A stretch of DNA of 64,000 bases. Source: Tubulanus polymorphus. Lineage: Eukaryota > Animalia > Nemertea. Position 1 is the first letter of the stretch. The number at the start of each line of letters is the position of its first letter. The stretch spans positions 12,060,485-12,124,484 of the forward strand of contig NC_134027.1 in assembly GCF_964204645.1 (NCBI RefSeq), given 5' to 3'. Below the pieces are notes generated by a model. The model worked only from the letters and a program-made list of their open reading frames with translations, had not been told where the DNA came from and searched no databases. Of the stretch, positions 28,801 to 40,268 are shown in pieces. The position numbers and the translations under genes were made by a program.

Positions 28801-31800
28801 AGGGGGTGGCAGAAGATGCACACTGTGTAAAATAAGATGTCTACCTCCATCTGGGAGACATAAATAGTGTTATGTACCAGTGCCACAGACCAGACGGCAT
28901 AAAAATACACTACTCAGTAGGTAGTGAAAATTCATTTGAAGTCTTTATCTAATGCAAGTTTCAATTTGTCTAAATCAATTCCGGAATTCTAATTTGGCGC
29001 ATTCATTTCAACCAGAATATGGTACAGCCTAGATAAAACCTCCCATCTAGCCGCGACTAAAACGCGACTAAGTATTTTAGTGCATCCACAAAGCTAACAA
29101 AAGGTTCGCGCCTTATGCGTGCCTCTCGCTGCAAAAATCGCAACTTAACCGTGTTAACCGTGTTCTGCGGAAAGATGCGTTCACGGTTTTGCGCATTTTA
29201 ATATGTGATATGTACGTATCTGGCCAATCAGATAACACAATTCTTATGTAGTCGCGATTTTTAACACGGGATTTAGGCGTGTCTAGTATGCCCTCACGTT
29301 TGATCGCGCCTGGATCAAGCAGGCAACAAAGCTGCTACTGCGTGTAGAATAATCTCATTTTAACGGCGATTTGCACGCATTTTAAGGGATGTTTTATCAA
29401 GGCTATACCATACTGATTTCCTATTCCTGAATAGAAAAATTTGTAAACCTGATAGGTCAGTGGAGAGTTTGAAACCCAAGGCCTGCCTTAGGCGCTATCA
29501 GTTTCCGGTATGATTTTCATCTAATCGATTCACTCAAGAAAAGTCGATTTGACTTGAATTAAAATGTAGAGGAAATTAAAGCATTGAATTATTACTATCA
29601 ACACCTAGTGGATCATCACTTGCCACAGTAGTGGCCCTGTTAGCGCATTGAAAAGTGGTTCCACACTCCAAATCGATACGTTTATTATCTATTAAACTAG
29701 GGGTCCAGGGACACCATGCCCACTTGGGAAGTGGTTTCAAATGCTCAACAATCTAACAATTTCAATATTCAACGCCCCCTGGTGACCATATACAGAATCC
29801 AATGACCTTGAAACTCACGACAATCATAGAACATGTCAGCAGCTACGATTTTGTAATTGATTGTGATAACAAAATATGCCTCGTTACCAATTTAATATGG
29901 AATTACTAAGTCATTCTACTATTCAACGCCCCCTGGTGACCATATTCAAAACCCAATGACCTCGAAACTCACCACAATCATAGAATATGTCACGAACTAC
30001 AACTTTGCAATTGATCATGGTAACAAAATATGCCTAGGTACCAATATAATAAGGAAATACTAAGTTATTCTACTATTCAACGCCCCCTGGTGACCATATA
30101 GAAAAACTTATGTCCTTAAAACTCGCAACAATCATAGATGATGTCATGAGCTACAACTTTCCAATTGATTGTGGTTACAAAATATGCATTGATACGAATA
30201 TAATAAAGAAATGCTAAGATATTGTATTATTCAACGCCCCCTGGTGGCCATATACGAAATCCAATTACCTTGAAACTCACCACAATCATAGAACACGTTA
30301 TGAGCTACAACTTTCTAATTGATTGTGGTAGCAAAATACGCTTAGGTATCAATATAACTTGGAAAAACTTTTTCCAACTTACGAATGAGTACTGGTGACA
30401 CCAAGATGGCCGCCAATTGCGTCATAATTGGCTGATGAAAAATACCTGTCTCAGGTATAAAACATCCCTTTCCAAACAATACCCATCACAAATTGTAATG
30501 AGAAATGGCAAACCAGTAGGAAGCTATAGGACTCAGAATTCGGGCCAAAATTAACATTTTTGGGCACTAAAAAGGTCATAGGACAGCCATTTTGAGTCCA
30601 ACCGACCCAATTTTTGTTAAGTTGATGGGCCCTGGGGGGATTCACATATATCCGAAAGATCAAGGTAATTGATCGAAGCGTCTTCAAAATTTCCCTCAAA
30701 AAGTTCAAAAATGTGTAAAAAGTGCTGATTTTGGTGAATAACAATGGCTGCCAGTCGGCCATCTTGATTCTGACAGGGCCAGTTTTTGGGCTGAAGATGT
30801 GTCTAGGGTAGATACATGTGTAACCCAAATATCAAGACATTACCTTGAAGCGTCTTCAAAACTTCCCAAAATAACTGGATTCCGTCGACGGACGGACGAA
30901 CGGACGGACGACGGACGAAAAGGGAACGCAATAGCCCGCTGGGACTAAAGTCGAAAATGGGCTAAAAAGCCTGGTATTTTTGAACTCACGTTTTAGCTTT
31001 GCGTTCAGCGTCAGTCATTTCTTCGCAGATTGAACGAATGTCGGAGCGAAAATATTCAATTGGTTGCTCAGTGATCACTGATTTCAGCAGACGTTGAACA
31101 ACAATATCTACGTATCGATGTAACGGAGAAGTAAAGTGCGTGTACGGACTCAAATTCAGTAAATGATGTCGCTGGCAGTTGGTATCGGTAAGATCGCCAG
31201 AACAACAATACTCGGTCGGCTTCTGTATTTCGATTAGTTTGGATAAAGCAATTGCCAGACGTGGATGAACCTCAGGACTAACGACTAGCTTCACTATAGT
31301 CTCCAAATCATCTGTAAACAACAGAACAAATCATACTATGAATACAATGATAAATTGTACGTCCAATGAACTAAAAGTGTCTGGATTACACAGACCAATA
31401 TCCCTGACAAAAGCTTTACAAGTTGAAAGGCCTTAGAATAGTTCTCCGCACAACATTCTCTTCATAGATAGATGCCAAAATGGCCACCAGTCAGCCATAT
31501 TTGATTTTTTCAATATCATGCTGAATAGCTATTTTCATCTATAGACAAGGAGTTTTCTGCGCAAGATTTACAGTAAATCCTTCCAGGTGTCCTTCCATGT
31601 AGTAAATTACTACATGGATGGACACCTGGAAGGACTCAAGTATACCCAGCCCTTCCACTTTGTTGCAGGGTATAAGGCCGGTAAGAAATGCTCTCCTAAT
31701 GAATAGGCATGGCGCCACCAGCAGGGCTGGTAAGAGGTGCTCTGTTCGTTTACCTGCTGTTTCAATCGATGTCCAAATGTCTGCTCGTAAATCGATCATT

Positions 31801-34800
31801 TCTCCATAGATGGCGCGTTCATCACCGATCTCAGACAGGATACAATTACAAATATCACTGCAATCGCAGATCCATCCAGGAGGCAGGAAAGCATGCGTCA
31901 TAGCGACCGTATTCAACGCATCGATCAAGTGTTGTTGTCGCCAGGTGATTAGTTTATCCGAGTCAGGTGCAGATTGAGTAACGAGGGGGGTCACCAACGG
32001 TAGTTTGCTCAGTAGATATTTCGCTATAACATGATTGGCTTGTATTTGCAGTTCTTCAACAAGCCGGTGAGAGTGATGTACGTCATCATCGAGCTCCGCG
32101 AAATTGTCGTATAAACGAGCGTTACCGAGACGACTATAACGCCATCGCTGCGTAACGATGTGTAAAGTCATCATGGCAGCATTTATCTGCGCGTGATTTT
32201 CGATGCCGATATCGACGTTTTTCAGAATGAGTTGAGCTTCGGCGAACGTGAATCTGTAACATGATTTCACGATCGATCGTTTAAATTCGCAGTCCTTAAT
32301 CTCTCCGTCTTCATCGATCGTCATTATCACCGATATCGCTAGACGATCAAGTGACGGTTTCAGACTACATAAGTCAATACTGAGTCTATCGGGTATGAGC
32401 AAAATTGGGTCCTGTCCGATCGGATAAGCGGATATCAAACGTCTGTGAGCTTCTCGGTCAGCAACACTATCGACAGTGACGAACTCAGAGACATCCGAAA
32501 CGTGGACTCCGATCCGGAATCCTCCCTCCGCTAACGACTCCACGCTGTACGCGTTGTCTAAGTCTTCGCGCGTCGCCGCAGCGATTGTGAATACGAGCTG
32601 ATCCCTAAGGTCATCTCTAGCAGTTACCGTTAAAAGAAACCCGACTGGATACTTATGACGAATTTCAGATTCGACTTCGAGCGAGAATTTCGGTTTTTTA
32701 TCGTGTTCTACGGAGAGTATTTGAATTCCACGGTCGATTGTTGCTCTGGGTCGGAGGATCAGGTCGGTTACCACTCCGAGTGGTGAATGGAATTTCTCCC
32801 ATTTCAAATACTGCACGACGAATAGTTTATCATTTCTCTCAAAGGGATTTATAAACTCATAATGATCAAATACAAATCTACGATCGTCGGTTACTCTATA
32901 AACTGTTACGAAACCCCTTTTCGAATGCACTGCTCGCTGTTTCGTTTCTAAGTTATAAATCGGCGGAATTCCGGAATTGATCGGCACCATCACACCGGTA
33001 TTCCCCGGATCTGCGAAACAGACAAACCTTCGATTGGTCGGATCGAGTGATCTCTTCAGAATACCGACGACATTACCATGGCGAGTGATTGGCTCATTAC
33101 GGCGACGATCATCGAATACATCCACAGTCTCATCGTTTACTAATTCCACAACGACAACGTCTCCGTTAAAAGCTTGACCGCATCTTAATCGAGAGGTCAT
33201 GCTTATCGGACCCGCATTGCCCTCAGCAACTGGCTCTGCATAAATACTGGCCCCAGAATGATGGTCGATATTTAATGTACATTTGATGTATTTGTTCGGA
33301 TTCACAAGGAGCAGATGCTGTAATGATAGAACAGCCTTCGACCCTTGATTTTCATCATCATCGGAACTCTCTTCAGTATCAAATCCAACTGAATTCAATT
33401 TCTTAGCGTTATTACTCTCTTTAGACCAGTATTTGATAATTGCGTGATTGCAGAATTCTCTGATGTGGATTGATTCACGTGAGAATCGACTATCCATACA
33501 TTCATTCCTAGAGGAATATTCATAGTGAAAACATTTAAAATAAAGTCTATATTGCATATCAATGGAACCTGGTACAACAGTTCAGCTCTTGGCACAATGA
33601 AATATTTTGCAGCCTTAGATTCTAGGCAAATTTTTGTCCAAGAAAATATTCATTCATTAGCTCATCTAACAACTAACAACCGGTCTTAAGACCAACTTGT
33701 GACATGAGTGATGTAGAAATGGTCTGTAATACAACCCAAACTTAAGTCATTACTATTACTATTACTTAAACTAATCCAATCTACTAAGCAGAAGTCACCA
33801 TACAGATAAGCCAACAACATAATGATCATGATAACGTAACAACTTTAGCGTAAAACTAAGCCCAGGTCAACTCACGACCCGATCAACTCGTCGGAACGGT
33901 CTGCGATTTTTTTCATCAGGAACCTTTTCAACATGAGCGTACGTGTTACCACACGATGGATTGACCGCAGACCTATTGTAAGCCGAATCACAAGGATGGA
34001 ACAAGCACTATTTCTACGACCTGATCAGATTGTCGTAGAAACGAATCAGCAATCACTACTGCTAAGAAGGCAAATTGATTGGTCCAGCGAAATTCAGTGT
34101 ACCAGGTTTTAACATGCCCATTCATCTTATTCAGATTCTTACTGTTTGATGATGTTTCGTGCCAGTTGAACCATAATTTCATCAGCATCAAGTATTATTT
34201 CTTGCTCTTGATAGTTATCATCCACGATATCATTACTTGCAGTAATTTCAATACCTCCCTATAAACCAGAAATAACTTTTCCATGATTGACACCAAATCT
34301 ACCACAATCTCGATCTTGATAAAACACTGACCATGTTGTAACGATTATATATGATAAAATCCCACGATAAAAAAAGACAAGCGAGTACAAAAGGTTTCCA
34401 TGAACTATACTTCGACTCAACTCAATATAGGCCTAATGTCTATTTCAACTCAGCTTGAGAGCTCAGTCAATTTTGGTGGTACATACCTGATACAGGTCTT
34501 TATAGGACCAGAATGGACTGGTAGTTGGACTAAAACATTTTTTTTATTCCTTTTATGATGTATTGAAGGATTGCCAAAATTGTTCATTGAATTGGGTTGT
34601 ATCATAGACGCCATATTCTTCAATGAATAACATTTAAAAATATGTCTCGAAAATTGTGATGTCACTTTTCTTTTTTCAACCTCTTTCAATGCAGCCTTTT
34701 TTGCAATCCTTACCGGTAGATATCGATATTTTAGTTTCCACTGCCCATCTGTGCTGGTCTTTTTAGGACCTATATCAGGTATGTACTACCATAACTGACC

Positions 34801-35460
34801 AGGCTAGGCCACCCGAATTCCTCTCAAGTCAAGTTGAAACGACTTAACAAACTCAGAAGGAAGGAAGGAAAGAAAGGGCAGAAGGAAACTTTTTGGATTC
34901 ATTTTTCATCTTGCATATTGGGATTTTATTGTACAACTCTTATTTCTACCCCATTGTTGGTTGGTTTAAAGCATTACAATTGGATAGGACCTGTCCAATG
35001 GCCACAAGCTAGTCGATACGGTACTGTGAAAATAAAGGGCCATAATGCTATAATTGTGAATCTAAGAATAAGATATAAGTTCGAATAAAACTAACTTGAG
35101 CTGTGGGTGGGTTTACTACGGTTGCGGTTGTAGAAGATGCAAAATCCCGCGAGTTCAACAGATTCAAAACATCTGTTTTCACTCCGATGAATGTCACTTC
35201 TTTAGGAACGATACTTTTCAAATTTTTGCAGTGTTTCAGGAACGTTCTCCAGATGTTCATACAGTCTCCGATCGCGCACAGGGCGACAGGGTCACCAACC
35301 ACCGCAACGAAACTCTTAGCTCGAGTCAAAGCGGTGTTCAACAGTTTCTGGTCGCTAAGGAAACCATAATTTCTGGCGTCTGTCATCATATCTGTCGGTA
35401 ATGATTCCATCAGATGCCGTGTTCGAACTGTGCTGATGAACAGAGCACGGAATTCTTTAC
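19859..35460 (-). CDS. HELZ2: HELZ2-like (PRIC285-like) protein: end of SF1B helicase 1, RNB (RNase II) domain, UPF1-like helicase 2; 5' exons not in window
   Basis: Exons: 35096-35460 (GKEFRALFISTVR..LLNTALTRAKS), 34143-34258, ~31740-33510 (AFNGDVVVV, RDDLRDQLVFTI, IGVHVSDVS, CSL, LVEELQIQAN), ~30990-31312 (YTHFTSPLHRYVD), ~27345-28213, ~26673-26997, ~26273-26378 and ~26048-26171 (LNQSQ, QGPAGSGKT), ~25399-25542, ~24368-24570, ~23797-24007 (LVIDDS, LGDSLQL, QYRM), ~21131-21358, ~20678-20833 (ILTPYEAQ, DSQG), ~20068-20236 (VNVALTRAKKG), 19859-19977 (stop). Confidence 0.88.
21945..22060 (+). repeat. Penelope-like terminal remnant with hammerhead-like core
   Basis: cacgatgatctc-tagggt-gagatcgaaacgtcgtg stem-loop followed by an AT tail and agtgggttt. 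Confidence 0.5.
22420..23122. mobile_element. Copy 2 (inverted) of the GGTAAAAATCCCC element
   Basis: Collinear reverse-complement match to 1295-2057 (e.g. tgatacatatatccaatt, gaaagggttcatcgcacatttc, tcgcagtt). Confidence 0.8.
23323..23650. repeat. Inverted pair of diverged ~95-bp SINE-head-like segments
   Basis: 23323-23420 is the reverse complement of 23560-23650; B-box-like ggttcaaatccc / ggtttgaatctc. Confidence 0.45.
29025..29405. mobile_element. MITE with TA TSD (Tc1/mariner-like)
   Basis: TA|CAGCCTAGATAAAACCTCCC ... GGGATGTTTTATCAAGGCTA|TA. Confidence 0.75.
29694..30968 (+). mobile_element. Non-autonomous Helentron/DINE-1-like element with four ~154-bp internal tandem units, copy 1 (complete)
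   Basis: Starts aaactag; attcaacgccccctggtgaccatat at ~29767, 29921, 30075 and 30229; (GACG)n microsatellite at ~30887-30917; terminal stem tagccc...gggcta then an A-run. Confidence 0.7.
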
Positions 35461-35575
35461 CTGAAACAGACAGGAACAAAGTTTAAGTCACCGGGAGCTA
35501 CCCACTTGTTAATAAGGGGTACCGGGAACACCAAATACTCCAATATTCTCCCTTTATAAATATGTGCATGGAAGC

Positions 35576-36472
35576 AACAAGGGGTCCAGGGACACCATGC
35601 CCACTTGGGAAGTGGTTTCAGATGATATGCCTAGTTACCAATATGTTACGGAAAAACTAAGTTATTCTACTATTCAACGCCCCCTGGTGACCATACCCAA
35701 AACCCAATGACCTTGAAACTCACCACAATCATAGGACATGTCATGAACTACCACTTTCTAATTGATCATGGTAACAAAATATGCCTAGGTGCCAATATAA
35801 TAAGGAAATACTAAGTTATTCTACTATTGATGCCCGTAGTGACCATATAGAATAACTAATGACCTTTAAACTCACGACAATCATAGACGATGTCATGAGC
35901 TACAACTGTGCAATTGATTGTGGTAACTAAATATGCTTAGGTAACAATATAATGTGGAGAAACTTTTTCCCACCTACGAATGAGTACTGATGACACCAAG
36001 ATGGCCACCAATTGCAACATAATTGGCTGATCAAAAATACCTGTCTCAGGTATAAAACATTCCTTTCTTAAGAAAACCCATCACAAATTGCATTGAGAAA
36101 TAGCAAACCAGTAGGAAGCTACAGGATTCAGAATTTGGGCCAAATTGACATTTTTGGGCACTAAAATAGTCATAGCACGGCCATCTTGAGTCTGATTGAC
36201 CCAATTTTTCTTATGCAGATGGGCCTTTGGGGGATTCAAATATATCCGAAAGATCAAGGTTATTGATCAAAGCGTCTTGAAAATTTCCCCCAAAAAGTTC
36301 AAAAATGTGTAAAAAGTGCTGATTTTGGCGAACAACAATGGCTGCCAGTTGGCCATCTTGATTCTGACAGGGCCAGTTTTTGGGCTGAAGATGAGTCTAT
36401 GGTAGATACATGTGTTACCCAAATATCAAGACATTACATTGAAGCATCCTCAAAACTTCCCAAAATAACTGG
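35576..36472 (+). mobile_element. Helentron/DINE-1-like element, copy 2 (two 154-bp units), interrupted at 36473
   Basis: Collinear with 29694-30880 up to aaaataactgga, then unrelated sequence; the GACG tail is not found in the window. Confidence 0.75.
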
Positions 36473-39400
36473 ACGTATCGGCCCCACTCCGCGCGGTTGC
36501 GCCACCGCGCAGGATTTACACGAAGCAGCAAACACAAACATGGCCACTCTCTCAATTTTCAATGATAGAAATCGTGTGTGCATTTCAATTATTTCGGCTG
36601 TTAGGGTTTTAAGGCACAATATGAGTTGATGATGTGATATGGCGATGTTAATCAATGATAATTCCGCAGTGAAGCTAGTCACGAACGGTGCCGATTGAGT
36701 GTACAGCTGCCAAAAACACTGAAATGTGCGTAGTGGCGTAACTATTTGCAGTGAATTGCAGACGAAACATGAAGCCTTAGCGGCCGTTTAAAAAAAAATT
36801 ATACCAATCGCAATTGTAAAATAAAAATGAGATAGAACCTAAGTTAAAATTCTGGCCATTTCTATAATGTTATTACTAATTTTTAGTCAGTGCCGAACGT
36901 TTAGTTTTCCAACAATAATGAGGGGTGGTAGGTAGTCATGTAATTCAAGTCATCATTTATTACACGTTACTTCCGTGTTGTTGAAAATCTCGCGAGTCCT
37001 GGACCAAACCCCATTGAACAATGTGATCTGTGTGCTGGCCACAAATGCACACAGATCACACTACACAACCCATTACACACTCCAGTACCCACAGCTTTCA
37101 TATATCCATCCAAATATTTAGAGTGTCTTTCTTCCTGGATGGTATACCACCTAGGTAGACTATTATGGACTGATAAGACTGCTTGTTAGGTGGTATTCTA
37201 TAGATCATACCACCTAACTGAGCAAATGTCTTGGCATGGACGAAATTGGATACATTAGACATTTTGGACTGGTCCATGTTCTCTCATTGTAATGCAGTGC
37301 CCTCTTCTGGCAATTATGCACAGAGATGTCATCACAACATGGCCGACGTTTGAAAAGCCATGTGCTTGCTGGCACTGAATAAATTCAACACTATCAGTAG
37401 AAGCAAGTATAAGGTAAGCAGAATTTAACTTTTCTCTTATTTCATTGTGGGTATGTTTATGGCTGTAGTGTTGGCCTTGCCTTTGGCCAGGGCCAAAGGA
37501 GTAAAAATTCTTTTGCCTTCAAGTTTAGGTAATTTAGTTTTACTTGGAGGAAGGAATTTAGAGTCAGTTCCTGTCACTGAATTGAGAGGCCCTAACTCTA
37601 ACCTGTATTTGTCACTTATACCAAAAATTCATAGTCTTATTGAATTTATGCTTCTACTTATAGTTGTCATACAGTTTACAAACTGCCTAGGCCTACCAAA
37701 CATAGGGTCATGAATCAATATGCCTTCTTTTTGGCTGTTAGCAATCAGGTTGAAATCTTGGAAATTGCCATTGATTGGGTTGAGTTCTTGTAGGCCTATA
37801 TGTTTCCTCCTTTGACATAAAATCTAGTTTTCATCTGTCAACGTAAATTGAGCAATGTTATGGGTTTGTAGATTTTGAACTATCCTATTTACAGAATATG
37901 GGGAACTGTTGTAAATCTAAAAAGTCCTCCAGTCGTTTCTTGATCACGTATGAGTTTCATAGTTATGCAAGATATGCTAGAAGGCATTTACATACAATTT
38001 ATGTAGTATGTTCCTATTTCCCACAGTGTTTCCTTTTACAGTTTACATTGTAGGCCTAGTGTATGATCATCTGGTAAAGTAATAAGGTTAGGCCAAGCAG
38101 GACTTTTTATAAGTTCTTAAAATTCTTATAGGTTCTAATATTTCATCATAACTTATGTAGAAAACATCCTCGTACTGTTGGTCTTGAGTAACTGCTATGA
38201 ATAGCTATCATGTCAGATGCATAGATAGGAAATACTATTTGTTTTTTTTTTTACATTTCAGATACCAGAAATGGAGGAATGCAAATTTGGGTGGGCCAAA
38301 TTGAAAGGCCTCCCAAAATATGTCTTATGGCCAGTACAGTTGTTAGATAATGTAGGGCATCATGTGTATTCCAGGAGTGACAATGCTGAGTAAGTATCTA
38401 TATGTCCAGTGTGACAGATCCTTGCCATCATTTTAATTCGAATATTTTCAAAGAGTTCACTAGCGTCAATGTTCAAACCTCACCCCTTTTTACATAGACC
38501 ATGTAAATGTATTGGAATCATTTTGATTAGATTTTTTGTGAAGAATGTAAAAAGTTTTCCGGATGATACAATATTGAAAACCTCTTTAAGCAATCTATCT
38601 AGAAATTACCTAAAAATTGCATAACCGCAGGCTGCCTCTTTCACTGCTTTCATCAGAACGCTTTTCATATTGAAAAGTAGTGACTATTTTGACCATACTA
38701 TTTTCATGGATTTATCTGCTTATAATTTATGTATACCTTTCCCTAAGATCTAGAAGGAAATAATTGAGAAATTTAGGAGAGAATCATCCGCTAAGTGAAA
38801 AAGAACAGTCTGCTGGAAATGCAGTGCATTATTTTAGTTCTTTGGTTTAGAAATAACTAATTTTTTGCATGTACGAGAAAGTCGTACACGTCTTTTTTCC
38901 AATCAGAAATACATGTAATTTATAATTGTAGTATAATAAGGCATCAGTTGGTTGTCAAATAATAATAGATCATAGCAGTAGGCCTAGTCGTAATGTGCTT
39001 TGCAAGTTTAATAGATGGGTCAGTCACAAAATTGAAATTATATTTTTTGCCTCTTAATTAATCTCAATTCTTAATTGATCTTAATTCTTATTTTCATGCT
39101 TATGCTCACACTAACAGTTAACATTTTCTGCCTGCTTTAAGGCCAGTGTTCTTCCAGTGGAAAAAACCTTTATTTCTATGTACAGTGCATGGATTATCAT
39201 TTAGTTCAAAATACCACCTTGATGCCACTTGCAAGATGGTATGTTATTGGACAGTTCTGGATACTGCCATTAATTACATTTGTCCGAAGATCATACAAAA
39301 TACCATCGTAAATGGTGTTTGCTAGGCTGTATATCATTGGACACAATGATTCAAAATAATGGGTGGTATTATTTTGTTGGTCAGTCTATCATCTATGGTG

Positions 39401-39699
39401 TCATCATTGCCTATCAGTCATTCTCAAGCCAACTCATTTTTGTTTAAATCAATCTGGCCTTCCTTTCTTTAAATTGAAAACTCAGGGATTTCACAAAGTT
39501 AAGTTTAAAGCATTGAATGTACAAATGTAATAACATATTGATGTTTTTCTATTGAGGCATTATCGAGAAGAAAAATTTGACATCTTTAAAAAAAGCATTT
39601 TTAGAAGATTTGGACTGGGCTCAACAAACATGCAAAACTGTTATAACAGACTTAACCCCACCATGTGCAAAGACTGATCAAGTATCCACTGGTGATGAT

Positions 39700-40268
39700 T
39701 CAGCTCAACCGTGTTTCAGTGAAACGGAGACTGTTCCTGTATCGAGCGCATCAGTATTCACCAGTGATACGGCTCAACTGTGTATCAGCGGAATGAAGAC
39801 TGTTCTTGTATCGAGCGCATCAATATTCACCAGCAATGATACAGCTCAACCGTGTATCAGCGGAATGGAGACTGTTCCTGTATCCAGCGCATCAGTATTC
39901 ACCAGCTATGATACAGCTTCACCGTGTATCAGTGGAATGGAGACTGTTCCTGTGTCGAGCGCATCAGTATTCACCAGCGATGATACAGCTCCACCGTGTA
40001 TCAGCGGAATGGAGACTGTTCCTGTTTCGACTACGTCAGTATTCACCAACGATGATAAAGCTCCACCGTGTATCAGCGGAATGGAGACTGTTCCTGTATC
40101 GAGCGCGTCAGTATTCACTAGCGATGATAAAGCTCAACCGTGTATCAGCGGAATGGAGACTGTTCCTGTTTCGACTGCGTCAGTATTCACCAGCAATGAG
40201 ACAGCTCCACCGTGTATCAGCGGAATGGAGACTGTTCCTGTATCGAGCGCATCAGTATTCACCAGCGT
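39700..40268 (+). repeat. In-frame 72-bp (24-aa PCISGMETVPVSSASVFTSDDTAx) coding minisatellite, ~8 copies
   Basis: ccgtgtatcag recurs at 39850, 39922, 39994, 40066, 40138 and 40210. Confidence 0.95.

Noticed and set aside
29760-30360. CRISPR-like array with constant attcaacgccccctggtg motif
   Set aside because: The intervening sequences are homologous to each other, so it is a 154-bp tandem repeat.
34080-34260. Apparent premature stops suggesting the HELZ2-like gene is a pseudogene
   Set aside because: A GT donor at 34141-34142 ends an open exon (34143-34258); the stops are intronic.
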